Below, piece by piece: positions 39,472 to 50,832 of a DNA stretch of 64,000 nt. Origin of the DNA: Podospora anserina (lineage: Eukaryota); the NCBI GenBank assembly GCA_017654855.1, contig CM030334.1, positions 1,674,001 to 1,738,000 of the forward strand, in the 5' to 3' direction. The translations under genes and the position numbers were made by a program. Below the pieces are notes generated by a model. It was not told the DNA's origin and made no database searches. It worked only from the letters and a program-made list of their open reading frames with translations. Numbering within the stretch: position 1 is the first letter of the stretch; each line of letters opens with the position of its first letter.

Positions 39472-40374
39472 TCACCACTCCCCAACCGTCTCCCTCGTCA
39501 CCAACCTCTTCAAATCGTCATCCATCCTCACCCTATACTTCACCATTTGCACCCGATCCTTCTCCCTCCCCGTCCTCTTCCACCTCAGCTTCGCATCATA
39601 ATACAACCTCCCCAGCGTCTCCATCAACCCATTGATCACCGCCCGCCTCTCCACCGCCTCGCAAGTGGAGCAAAAAGCAGCAATCTTCCCCCCGTCAGGG
39701 ATAGTCCGTGGAACCAACCAGATGGTCTCCTTCCACAGCGGTCTAAGCCTAATCTTGTGTTTACACAGCTCGTGAACCATGGGAGTCCGACAAACGGGGC
39801 ATTGGTCGTGGTCTTGCATCCATTGACGGATGCAAGCTTGGCCGAATATGTGACCGCACGGTAGCACACAAGGCACAGAATCGTTGTTTTGATTGTAGAT
39901 GCTCTGGCGTTGGGTAGCGGGAAGGATGCGAAGGGGGGAGATCATGCAAATGGAGCATGTGTGTTGGTGATGGGGGTGGTGGCGGCCAGGGTCGAAAAGG
40001 AAGGTGAATTTGGGGTCGGGAACGTAGGTGCCCATGTCCTGAGGTTGATGTTCAGCCTCCTCTTCTTCAAGACCGGCGTCTTCTCTGTGAAGGGTGCTAC
40101 GTTCCCGAATTTCTCCTTCCTCGAGATCGTCTCGAAGACTGCGCCATTCTCGAGTTTCTGCTTCGTCTAAACCCGAGACATTGTTGATGATTCTGATGGT
40201 GTCTTCAGAAGATTCAGACTCGTAATCAGGAAGGTCCGAGTCGTACTCTGCAATGTCAGGCTCATATAGAAGTGACCGTGAAGGAGAAGGGGGGTTAGAG
40301 GGGAGATTAGAAGCGACGGATGAGCCGTCCGACTGCTCAGACTGCAAGTCTATGGAATTCCAAAAGCCGGACAT
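39472..40374 (-). CDS. RING-finger variant protein (putative E3 ligase)
   Basis: CSIC...PCGHIFGQACIRQW...CPVCR, an acidic disordered N-terminus, and additional CKH and CSTC residues. Confidence 0.8.
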   Translation of the reverse strand: MSGFWNSIDLQSEQSDGSSVASNLPSNPPSPSRSLLYEPDIAEYDSDLPDYESESSEDTIRIINNVSGLDEAETREWRSLRDDLEEGEIRERSTLHREDAGLEEEEAEHQPQDMGTYVPDPKFTFLFDPGRHHPHHQHTCSICMISPLRILPATQRQSIYNQNNDSVPCVLPCGHIFGQACIRQWMQDHDQCPVCRTPMVHELCKHKIRLRPLWKETIWLVPRTIPDGGKIAAFCSTCEAVERRAVINGLMETLGRLYYDAKLRWKRTGREKDRVQMVKYRVRMDDDLKRLVTRETVGEW

Positions 40375-40708
40375 GGTGGGCGTAGTCGAATGGTAGTAAG
40401 TAGTAAAGATGTTGATGATGGTTTTGATGCCCTTTTGAACCCTGGGAGAGTCAGTATATAGCTGCGCTTTAATAGTATCCGTTCAGCAGCAACACCGAAC
40501 AATGTGTTGTGAACAGGGCTGTTGCGTAGAACACAGCCGTATTGTACGGAAACCCGTAGCGACCAAGAACAAAGGCATTGTGTTGAGGCTCCAAACACCA
40601 AAGGAAAAAAAAAGATGATATCGATGCCTAGAGGTTCCAAAATTTGTTGAATTCATGTACAAGTTACACCGTGAAAATGGCCCCCGCGCCGGTTTGGGTA
40701 CTGTTGTC

Positions 40709-41200
40709 TTATGATGACTTCTTCTCTGCCTCTGCCTTTTCCTTTTGCGCCCGCTCGTGCTCGATGATTTGTTTGCTCCAGCTGGAAGGGAAGGTCAGTG
40801 CTCGTGAACCGACAAAGACAATGGCAGCCAGCATCAACATACTATCTGCTTGGGTAGAAACGTCCTGGCTCGGGCATCTTGTGACGGAACTCCCTCTCGG
40901 CGCTCAGGTTCCAGACCATAGCAGTGATGCCAAAGACGCAGACACCGAGAATGGCCGTGTTGGCCTTCCAGTTGGCAGGCTGGGCGTACCAACCACCGGC
41001 CGGCGACCAGACGTGCTTGGGATACCTGTGTGTCGGGGTCGGTCTCGTTAGGACTCTTGAGGTCTGGCTTATGGCGTCGCTAGGTCTATCTCGGGGGAAG
41101 GCGCAAACTCACGGGATCTTGGGACCGCCACCCTAGAGAGATAGTGTCAGCATAGGGCTCAATTGACGCGAACAGAGAAGACGTTTAAGTAACATACCAT
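40709..41200 (-). CDS. Mitochondrial complex I accessory subunit, NUUM-like
   Basis: Four exons splice to MGGGPKIPYPKHVWSPAGGWYAQPANWKANTAILGVCVFGITAMVWNLSAERE...YWSKQIIEHE.... The first coding exon is only ATG and the second is 20 nt (41113-41132). Missed as a single ORF in the track. Confidence 0.85.
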
Positions 41201-41781
41201 GTTGACTGATTGTATAGGAGGATGTGGATTGACGTGGGATAAGCTGTCAAGCCTCTCGAACTTGACGTCGTCGCTGGGGGGCTCGCGCGGTCCAATCAAT
41301 GGCAGGGAAAAGGGCGAATGGTTAATCCGTCACAGGCGCTGGCGGGCAGTGGGTGCTGTTCCTGGGCGAGCATCACACAGAGAGCTCCCGCAAACTGAAA
41401 GCTTGGGCCTGATAGTAGATAGCGGGGTGCTACACTACCTATACTCAAAAAATATTATGTCAGCCACAACCTCTGCGGGACTGAGATCCCTGCAACAGCA
41501 CTGGCGCTGTGCAGCTTCACGGCCCATTGGAGAACTTTTTTTCCTTCTCCGAGATTGACGGCGACGAACCGGGGAACGGTGCAGCAACCCACGACCGCAC
41601 CACCCTTTTTACTGACCAACACCCCCGAATAATCCGGCCCCCGACGTCTTGGGAAAAGAGGAGGAAACCCCGGCGATTCTCACCGAGGAATACTGGACCC
41701 CCGGGCGAAACTGGACGAGTTTTTTCCCAACCCACCTCCACCACCATACCTCCTCCATATCTTCCTCAGCCCGCCCACCCA

Positions 41782-43179
41782 ATGATGAAGAGGTTACGAA
41801 TCGAAAGAGCAACGGGCCAATTGCTCGCCGCTCGCCCCGGCTGCCCCTCCACCCCCGGCGCCGCCCTCCGGTCCTCATATAAGTGCGCCACCCAAGTAGC
41901 ACCAGTACGGTACTCATCCTCCTCCTCCGCCGTCGAGACCGAACCCGTCTACGAAGAAGACGGCACCGACCACTCCCGCTTCCCCCCCCTCGAGAAGCTC
42001 CCACCCAACACATCCACCCTCCCCTCCCCCCTACCCTACCGGGCCCTCGAATCAGCAAAACTCTCCGCCCTCCACGCCCGCCTGTCGCTCTCCCCCAAAA
42101 TCCCCCTCCAAACCCTCGCCCGCACCCTCGTCGACGCCTCGGCCGACCCGAACCCCCTGTTCAACAACTCCAGCCTGGCCTTCCTCGGCGCCACAATAAT
42201 CAACTACCACGCCTCAGAATGGTTCATGGTCCACTACCCCCGTCTCCCCATGGACGTCCTCTTCGCCGCCATGGCCGGCCTCGCCGGCCCCGCGCCCCTC
42301 AACAGGATAGCGAAATCGTGGGGTATCGAAGTGGCCGCCGCCCCCGGCGGCGAGGTCGATCCTGGTCTTCTCCAATTCAGCCTCGAAAACCCAGGGGAAA
42401 GCATCGCCGGGTTCGGGTACACCCGCACAGTGGTCGACAAGATCAACAAGAACAACTGGAAGCGATCGGTCGCCTCCAAGGTAATCTACGATGACGATTT
42501 CGGGCAGTTGATCATGCCCCGCAAAGCTAAAGAGTCTGAAGACAAGGCCGTCGAGGAAGATCAGGGCCAAGGTGTCTACCACGAAGAAGCAGCAAACCCC
42601 ACCCCCAAATTCTCCCCCACGTCTTACGGCTCCTCCACCACCCGCGAGCTATCGGAAAAGGCGCACGCAAACTTTGCGCGTGCTGTTGTCGGAGCGGTGT
42701 ACACCCACTGCGGCCGCGCGGCGGCCAAATCATTTGTCAAGGCCCACGTCCTCTGCCGCGAGCTGGATCTGGAGCGGTTGTTTGCGTTTAAGCATCCCAC
42801 TCTTGAACTGGCTATGCTCTGCGCCAGAGAGGAGTTTGAGCCTCCGGTCGCGAGGCTGCTTTCGGAGACCGGTCGGCTGTCGAGGACGCCTGTTTTTGTG
42901 GTGGGGGTGTACTCGGGGAATGATAAGCTGGGGGAGGGGCAGGGGGCGACGTTGGAGCAGGCTAGGTTGAAGGCTGCGATGCATGCGTTGAAGGCGTGGT
43001 ATTTGTACAGTCCTGGGGAGGGGGCCAAGGTGCCGAGTGATGTGCTTGAAATGGAGACGGGTGGTGGTGGTGGTGGTGGTGGTGGTGGTGAGCAGCAGGG
43101 ACAAGGACAGGGGCAGCAGGGGAAGAATAAGGGGTGGGAGCCGGCTTATATTGATATTGGCGAGTTGATTTCTCGTTAG
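41782..43179 (+). CDS. MRPL3: Mitochondrial large ribosomal subunit protein mL44 (RNase III-like plus dsRBD)
   Basis: Arg-rich presequence, AKLSALHARL, NSSLAFLG, YPRLP, and EPPVARLLSETGRLSRTPVFVVGVYSGNDKLGEG...ALKAWYLY. Confidence 0.92.
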   Translation: MMKRLRIERATGQLLAARPGCPSTPGAALRSSYKCATQVAPVRYSSSSSAVETEPVYEEDGTDHSRFPPLEKLPPNTSTLPSPLPYRALESAKLSALHARLSLSPKIPLQTLARTLVDASADPNPLFNNSSLAFLGATIINYHASEWFMVHYPRLPMDVLFAAMAGLAGPAPLNRIAKSWGIEVAAAPGGEVDPGLLQFSLENPGESIAGFGYTRTVVDKINKNNWKRSVASKVIYDDDFGQLIMPRKAKESEDKAVEEDQGQGVYHEEAANPTPKFSPTSYGSSTTRELSEKAHANFARAVVGAVYTHCGRAAAKSFVKAHVLCRELDLERLFAFKHPTLELAMLCAREEFEPPVARLLSETGRLSRTPVFVVGVYSGNDKLGEGQGATLEQARLKAAMHALKAWYLYSPGEGAKVPSDVLEMETGGGGGGGGGGEQQGQGQGQQGKNKGWEPAYIDIGELISR

Positions 43180-43633
43180 ATGGGCAAATCAATCAGATGC
43201 AAGGGATAGGTGTTTTGTGGGGAAGAAAATGCAAGTTGAAAGAGGGAAGAAGAGAACTTGTATTTTTGTATATCTAGAGCATTTTTTTTTTTTTCACACA
43301 CATTACACATTATGGCGCTGTGAAGAAAGAAAGAACGATTTGTGCAAAAGAGAGTATACCAAAAAATAGGAGGAAGGCATTAGATGGGTGGGCATGGAAG
43401 AGCTGGGGCTGGGAAAGGGGTGAGAAAGGGGTTGGCCGGTCAAAGGTGTGGTATGTATGTATAGTATTGTGTTTTTAAATGTTGCAAAAAAAAACCGTAT
43501 CTTGGACTTCACACTGCCTGCCCGCTCCAGATGAATATAATAATCATGAAAGCAAATCTATTAAACAGGGTATCTAACCATTCCAACCATATCCTCCACG
43601 CTCCTATCCTACCACCTGACACCAGTCCGTTTC

Positions 43634-46129
43634 CTAACTAAACTGATCCCCCCCCTCCACCCCAACCTTCCCAGCCCGGCCCCCCCTTATCACCCTCCTC
43701 CACGCCTCCTCCTTCACCCTCCTGGCATGCTCCTCCCTCCTCCTCTTCTTCCTCTCATAAACAGCCCTCACCGTCGCTTTGATCTGCCCCCTCCCCTCCT
43801 CATAATTCGCCCTCGCCAACCTCACCACCCCCTCCACATCCTCCGGACTATACACAAAATTCCACGTGCTCATGTACTCACTCCCCGCCGGATCTACCCC
43901 GGGAACCTTCTTCTCGTTCGCCAAAAACGGCATGTAAACAACCGCTATCCCCGCGTCCGGCTCCATAAGTCTCCAGCTACTTTCATCATCAATCGGCTTT
44001 GGCGGCGGCGGCGGAGCACTACTCCTCTCCTGCGTGGTCCCAACCCAAACCGTGCAGTACCCCAACTCGTCCGAAGCCTGCTGATGTTTTTCCGCTTCGG
44101 TCTTTTTGGAACTGTCATCCTCTTGCATCTGCTGTTGACGGGCTGCCTGCTCCATCTTCGCGTCCGCGACGCGATCTTGAGATTCAGACGGCGAAGAGGC
44201 ACTCTCCGCCTTGTCGAGCTGCTTCGCTGTTTCCTTCGCCGACGCTTCCGGCTTGGGCCACCCAATCCCCAACGGCCACCCTTTGATCCCGCGCTGCATG
44301 GCGTACCCTTCCACCACCGAGAGCCAGTTGTCTGTCTTAATGTCTGCTGATGCATCAAAAGAGATGATGATGTCTACATCCCTCCCCGGGCGCAACAGCG
44401 GATAAATGGGCAGGTTGTTCGACATGCCCGCGTCCATAAGTTGGATGTTTTCATTGTCGTAGACGGTTTCGGGAACGGTGGACGGTAACTTGCCGTGCAT
44501 GCCATACACAAAATTCGGCATCGAGGCAGGGTCGATAGGATGGACCTTACTAAGATCCTCGTTGAGGTTGTTCCAGATAAGTCCGTCGATGGGGCCAAAA
44601 CCGACGATGCTGCGGATGATGGGGCGGATTTCACGGTAGTAGTGGCTGAGAGTCGCGCAAAAGGCGCTGCCCCAGATGCCGAGGAGGAGAGGCATACGGA
44701 CTTCAGGCAGACGGAGACCAGTGTCAGAGCCGTTTTTGAACTTGCGGCCGAGTGCCCAGGTGGGAATACCAGCGGAAAACTCCTCGCAGAATAGTTCGTA
44801 GGGTGTTATCTCGAACCACTGAAACCAGGCTTCCTTCTTTGCGCGTTCTTTGGCCTCTTCTGAAACGGGCGGGTTCCCGTCGGCGTCTTGTTCGTCCATT
44901 TCTGGAATCTCGTGACGAACGGCGGTGTAGATGGGTAGTGGGTTCTGGCCGTATCTGACGTATTCCCGCTGGCTGGACAGCTTGAAGTCTTTCTCATTGA
45001 CCTCCAGCTCGCCCTTGGGAACAAGCAGCCTCGCCGCCAACAGTATACCATAGACATCGACAAGACTGAAAGACGCTGCTGAGTCCCCCTTGAACTTTTC
45101 CACAATCCCGCTCAGCAGATATTTGTTCGTCGGCGCCGAAGTCAACGAGTTGAAAGCCACCGGGGGGTCAGCAATATGGGTGCCGAGGCGTGCTTTGAGA
45201 TGGTCGATCGCTCGCTGAAAGCTGTTGCCCGTGACTGAGGAATAGTAGAGGGACTGAAGCCAGCACGACCCAGACACGCCCGAAGCATACGTTACACAGT
45301 CGAACAAGCCGTCCTCGGTGGACGCCAGGAAAGACCCAGTTCCAGCAACCAACGCTCTCAAACCTCCTCCTGAGCCGCAAATGGCCACAGTGGGGACATC
45401 ATCGGGGTGGATATCCTCCTCTTTCAACCCCAAGTATTTTGCCAGTGCAGGCACAATAACCTTCTTCCGCCTCTCCAAGAAAGTCTTTTCCTCCTCACAG
45501 AGCGCATTCGACACTCTCACTTTAGCCTCCCACTCAATCTCGGGGTGCGTAAACGGATCCCTTGCCTCGTCCCAAATCTCCGCCGCCAACGACCCCGGTG
45601 CCATCTCCAACTCCCGCTGCAACTTCCTCATCAACCCAGGCAAACTCTTGGTCCACTCGGGCAAAATAAAGTCGACAACCATATCAGTTATATTCTCGGG
45701 CGGCCCCGGGATCGAAGGAAATCCTTCCAAGCCTTTGGCAATCCCAGCCCAAACGCTCTCTTCTTCCCGCTTCTCCTTTTGCCGACCCTTCTCGGTGCTC
45801 TTGATAACCTTGATCTCCACGCCATCAGGCGACATTCTCCTTTCGTCGGCAACTAAGCCCAAAGGCTTCGTAAGCTGCGTCAGTGATTCGTGCGGATAGA
45901 GCCAAAGAGCAAGCAAAGCGCAAGTCGTCGATAAACCAACGGTTCGGGTGATGCCCACTTTTGACGACCCCTTTTGTTCCGCCCCCTGTCGTGAGCTTGT
46001 AAAGAAGCCATGACGGCCGTTGAACGGTGCTCTCCTGGGTGATCTTGTCGTCGTCGTAACGCTGAATAGCGGTCGCCGCCTTGTGATCCCCGTAAGGCAT
46101 CTGTGTAGTACCGAGCGTGGCGGTATCAT
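43634..46129 (-). CDS. Cytosolic phospholipase A2 / lysophospholipase family protein
   Basis: GSGGGLRA oxyanion motif, GVSGS nucleophile, DAG catalytic Asp and RDVDIIISFDAS. Intronless, with an Arg/Thr-rich N-terminus. Confidence 0.9.
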   Translation of the reverse strand: MIPPRSVLHRCLTGITRRRPLFSVTTTTRSPRRAPFNGRHGFFTSSRQGAEQKGSSKVGITRTVGLSTTCALLALWLYPHESLTQLTKPLGLVADERRMSPDGVEIKVIKSTEKGRQKEKREEESVWAGIAKGLEGFPSIPGPPENITDMVVDFILPEWTKSLPGLMRKLQRELEMAPGSLAAEIWDEARDPFTHPEIEWEAKVRVSNALCEEEKTFLERRKKVIVPALAKYLGLKEEDIHPDDVPTVAICGSGGGLRALVAGTGSFLASTEDGLFDCVTYASGVSGSCWLQSLYYSSVTGNSFQRAIDHLKARLGTHIADPPVAFNSLTSAPTNKYLLSGIVEKFKGDSAASFSLVDVYGILLAARLLVPKGELEVNEKDFKLSSQREYVRYGQNPLPIYTAVRHEIPEMDEQDADGNPPVSEEAKERAKKEAWFQWFEITPYELFCEEFSAGIPTWALGRKFKNGSDTGLRLPEVRMPLLLGIWGSAFCATLSHYYREIRPIIRSIVGFGPIDGLIWNNLNEDLSKVHPIDPASMPNFVYGMHGKLPSTVPETVYDNENIQLMDAGMSNNLPIYPLLRPGRDVDIIISFDASADIKTDNWLSVVEGYAMQRGIKGWPLGIGWPKPEASAKETAKQLDKAESASSPSESQDRVADAKMEQAARQQQMQEDDSSKKTEAEKHQQASDELGYCTVWVGTTQERSSAPPPPPKPIDDESSWRLMEPDAGIAVVYMPFLANEKKVPGVDPAGSEYMSTWNFVYSPEDVEGVVRLARANYEEGRGQIKATVRAVYERKKRRREEHARRVKEEAWRRVIRGGRAGKVGVEGGDQFS

Positions 46130-48481
46130 TTTGTCTTGTTGTGGTGGTTGTTGTTTATATCGTTCTTATCGGCTTTCCAGCATTGTCTCTCCGAGAATGG
46201 CGGGGTTCCGGCGCATTGTTTGTTTAGGTAGTAGGTACGTTTGAAGCCGAGTGGCGTGATGTCTAGGAGATATAAAGGGACGGAGGAAAACGAGGAAATG
46301 GAAAAAAAACCGGAACCGACAAAAACAGAATCTGCAAAGAAAACTTGCAAACCTGCTGCTGCCGTCGAAGTCGCAAGAATTCAAGGACCCAAAAGGCCCG
46401 ATCTGGTTACATCATCGCCAGAGGGGGCGGCCCAAGCTCCGATTTGGTGGGAGCTCGGCATTCAGGGACGGCGCACAGGCCACATTTGGGTTGGTTAGAT
46501 AATCAGGGGTCTTGGGAGAGTGAGGACGGTGTTGATGAGAACAATAGGAGCTGACCTCCTTGTAGGAAGACATAAATGTAATCATAGAGATAGGAAGCTT
46601 ATACCTAGTCATTGTGACTAGAAGTGGTACTGTCCGCAACTTCACTCTGACGCTCAGCTCTCACCTCTCACCAATACGTCTCTGCCACATCTCGGAGGGG
46701 TGACACGAGCAATATGTATGCATGAGCGTTCCGGAATGCCTGCAGCTCGTATGATTTGGTTCGCTAGCGAGCATGCATACAATAGTAGTATCTTGAAGCT
46801 GTAGCTAGTCTTGAAGATACCGGGGCTTACCAGATCATAGGACTCTACGCCGTGCGGAAGAAATTCATAAAAGGGGGTCGTTAATTTCGAGCATCGAATG
46901 AAGTGATCCCGTGTCACCTCCTTTCGAAACAAATGGTTCCAGTGGTAGCGCACCGACCCCCTGGCACCACACCTACCCTCCTTGAAGAAAATCATGGCCA
47001 AGAGCCCATATGGTTTTTTTTTGTTTTGTTTTTTTGGTTGAGGATTTCTGTCAGGTCAGGTTGAAGAAGTGGTGCTTGAAACAACGTTTCCAATTGATGT
47101 TGAATGGCCGTTGAAACGGCCACCCGAGGTTTTGTCCGTGCCCGCATCTGATGCTGAAAAGATATGCAACTCCGAAGTTGCTGCATTCACAGTTTTCTTC
47201 GTCCAGAACAGGCTGTGTTTGATCGTCTGAAGAATCATTGACGGTTGCCAAAAGTACCGGCAACCGACGGACTGGGTGATGCCGGCATTGTGATGCTCGG
47301 TGGGGTGTGGGCAGCGATTAAGATATCCGTACCTGAAAAGACTGGGGTCACCCTATTCGAGAAAGTTGTCTCTCGGTATTGACTCCGTGGTTGAGGTGAC
47401 AATTGTGTCTGTATCTGAGTCTGTATCACGGTGCTGTTGACGGCCGTCGGGATGTTTTTAGCACAAAGGCCAGAGTGCAGTCCTCCTTCTTCTTCTTCTT
47501 CTTCTTCAAGAAATGAAAATCAAAAAGAAATGGAGGAATGAATGCAGAGTCTTGTCTAATTAGCTTCAACAGGCCCGAGATTTCTGGTTCCTTTTGGTCT
47601 GGGGATGTTTGAAGCCATTGGCAGGCTGTTGGCGAATCACAAGCTCCCAACATCCCGGCCCCCGGTCATTACCTTTCCAGGACCCCTGCGCACTGTGACG
47701 GGACGCAGCGGCCACCCACTTCCTCCAGCGCATCAACCCCTTTTGCGAGAGACCAGTCCCAGCGCCCGCGCCGAGCCCAGAGCAGCGCAGCACCAGACGA
47801 CGGGAAATCTCCCAACCCAAAGCCACCCTGCCTGCCTGTTTGTCGCACCCTAATTTTTTTTTTGATTTCCTCTTCACGACGACCGCGACACCTCGTCACT
47901 ATCGACAACTTCACATCCTTCTTCATCGACATTTCGTACCTTTCGAACACTCTTTTTTCCCCCGCCGTATTTCTACGCGATCCAGCGTTACCAGACCCTT
48001 TTACCTTACCTTTACTACCCAACTCCCTTCCTTGACACCTGCCGACACGCGACTCGCTCATATCAAACAAGCTTCGCTGTCTGCCCGGTACGTACGTGAA
48101 GCCCAGCCCCCAGCACCTCCTGGCTTGAATCTACCATTCTGCCCACGCACGCCCGGCTGTGTTTATCTGCTTCGCTCTCTGTGCCTGCACTGTGGTCAAG
48201 CAACATACAACAAACGTGTCCGGAGATCCCATCAAAGAGAGAGGAGTGTCCAGAACGAAGGGCAGGACCGTCAGGACCAATAGCTCCTGGCTTTGGCTGG
48301 TGCTTGCTGGCTCTAGCTCGTTTTGGGACATCGTGCGTGTGCCAGTTGGGAAGTTAGGGTACGAGGGACAAAACCAGAGCTTATTGCTGACGTTCTTTCT
48401 ACTACACAGACTTCGTGCCTTCCCCTCATTACCAACCTACCGAATAACCACCTGCTTCATCCACTGTGGTGCCTCTAAACA

Positions 48482-50714
48482 ATGGGTAAGCTCCTGCTTT
48501 TTGTTCTTCGCTGTCGTCAGTGCCGGTCCTTTGAGGACAACAAAATGCAAGTATCGCCGTCCGCTGCGGGAAGCCGACCACCACATCGCACCTTACTAGC
48601 CGCCCCATATGAGTCCGACCCGATATGTATCTCGACACACTCGACCTGAACTTTTCCTCTCTCTTTTCTCACCAGCATCACCACAATCGCTCACCGGATA
48701 CCACCCACCGCATTCGTTCTCTGCCATTTACCGTTTCTTGGGAATTCGTTTTTTGGACGACGAGCATCTTACCCATCGAGATACACACAACACAACACTC
48801 TTGCCGAGATGCACTTCGCTACCATGGTCCACAACGCCACCAGATCCCGTACCAAGAGCGTGCAATTCGAGAAGAGTGTAATCAGCCTGGACACAGACGG
48901 TAGCTCATCGCGGGACGGTGCCACGTCTCCACCAGTCCCCGGGAGCAGGACAAGCAGTCTACCCTTGGGCAGCGAGAGCAAGGAGAATATTATCCGCCAC
49001 TACCGAAGCATGCTGAACATCGAGGACCCCCCCAAGCTCCCCATGGCCAAACCGCTTTCGTACGGCTCGCTGTATCCCAAACCTGGCGATTCTGTCGTGG
49101 TCCACAGACACCAGCGGATTCCAATGAGGAGACCCCATGATACCATTTGTCAGGCCCCATTCGCCCCTGGACCTGGCATCTTCGCATTGCTACTGCACAC
49201 TGACCATTCGGGAGGAGTCTTGCTAACAACGCGGTGCTGCAGCTTCAAACGGTATTCCCAACAGTCCCCCTCCCCCCGTCAGGGCCTCGCCAGTGGTGCC
49301 CATTGGCAAGCCCTCGACACCCGGATCTCAAGACTCGAGAGAAGGTCCCTCTGACTCCTTCGCCGCAGCTCCTTCAGCTTTGAGTGACGACCGTAACATT
49401 GTCCGCCGCAAGTTGACGGGCTATGTCGGTTTCGCCAACCTCCCCAACCAATGGCACCGCAAGAGTGTTCGCAAGGGCTTCAACTTCAACGTTATGGTTG
49501 TCGGTACGTGTTTTGGCTCTGTGTATGTGGACAAGCTCTGATCAAGCTGTTATCCAGGTGAATCCGGCCTCGGAAAGTCTACTCTCGTCAACACTCTTTT
49601 CAACACGTCGTTGTACCCACCCAAGGAGCGCAAGGGACCCAGCCTCGAAATTGTTCCCAAGACCGTCAGTATTCAATCTATCAGCGCAGATATTGAGGAG
49701 GCGGGTGTTCGTCTCAGGCTTACGGTCGTCGACACGCCTGGCTTTGGTGACTTTGTCAACAACGATGAGTCCTGGAGGCCGATTGTCGACAACATCGAGC
49801 AGCGCTTCGACGCCTACCTCGATGCTGAGAACAAGGTCAACCGCATGAACATTGTTGACAACCGCATCCACGCCTGCGTCTTCTTCATCCAGCCCACTGG
49901 CCACTCCCTCAAGCCCCTGGATATCGAGGTCATGAAGCGCCTCCACACCAAGGTCAACCTGATCCCAGTCATTGCCAAGTCCGACACCCTCACCGATGAG
50001 GAGGTTGTTACCTTCAAGGCCAGGGTACGTTCTTTTTTCTCCGGAGGGGTTGGGCACGCACCGCTGACTTGTTTGCAGATTCTTGCCGACATCAAGTACC
50101 ACAAGGTCCAGATCTTCGAGGGGCCCAGGTATGAGCTTGATGACGAGGAAACGATTGCCGAGAACAACGAGATCATGTCCAAGGTTCCCTTTGCCGTTGT
50201 CGGTGCCAACACCGAGGTGACCAACGCCGACGGGCGCAAGGTCCGCGGCCGTGCCTACCCCTGGGGTGTTATCGAGGTGGACAACGAGGAGCACTGCGAC
50301 TTCGTCAAGCTCCGCCAGATGCTCATCCGCACCCACATGGAGGAGCTCAAGGAGAACACCAACAACACGCTCTACGAGAACTACCGAACAGACAAGCTTA
50401 TCGCTATGGGCGTGTCGCAAGATCCCAGTGTCTTCAAGGAGGTCAACCCCGCCGTCAAGCAGGAGGAGGAGCGCGCGCTCCATGAGCAGAAGCTCGCCAA
50501 GATGGAAGCCGAGATGAAGATGGTCTTCCAACAGAAGGTCGCTGAGAAGGAATCCAAGCTGAAGCAGAGCGAAGAGGAGCTCTACGCTCGCCACCGCGAG
50601 ATGAAGGAGCAGCTTGAACGGCAACGACTGGAGCTCGAGGAGAAGAAGTCGAGAGTGGAGAGCGGGCGGCCACTGGAGAAGGAACCGAAGAGGAAGGGCT
50701 TTTCGCTCCGGTAA
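48482..50714 (+). CDS. CDC3: Septin Cdc3/AspB
   Basis: [58 protein letters not shown] and a C-terminal coiled coil ending KGFSLR. A 4-nt first coding exon (ATGG) plus intron 48486-49242, then introns 49504-49557 and 50025-50078. Probable 5'UTR intron 48088-48409. Confidence 0.93.
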
Positions 50715-50795
50715 TCTGGCAGCCTTACCGCTTCTTTCCCTACTCCCACGACACGTCTCACACTCTCATGATATCCAAACAACAACCAGCTTGCC

Positions 50796-50797
<2 letters not shown>

Positions 50798-50828
<31 letters not shown>
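50798..50828. repeat. (CT)n microsatellite in the septin 3' region
   Basis: Directly visible repeat. Confidence 0.9.

Positions 50829-50832
<4 letters not shown>

Noticed and set aside
49542..50624. 360-aa - strand ORF
   Set aside because: Antisense shadow of the strongly codon-biased septin gene.
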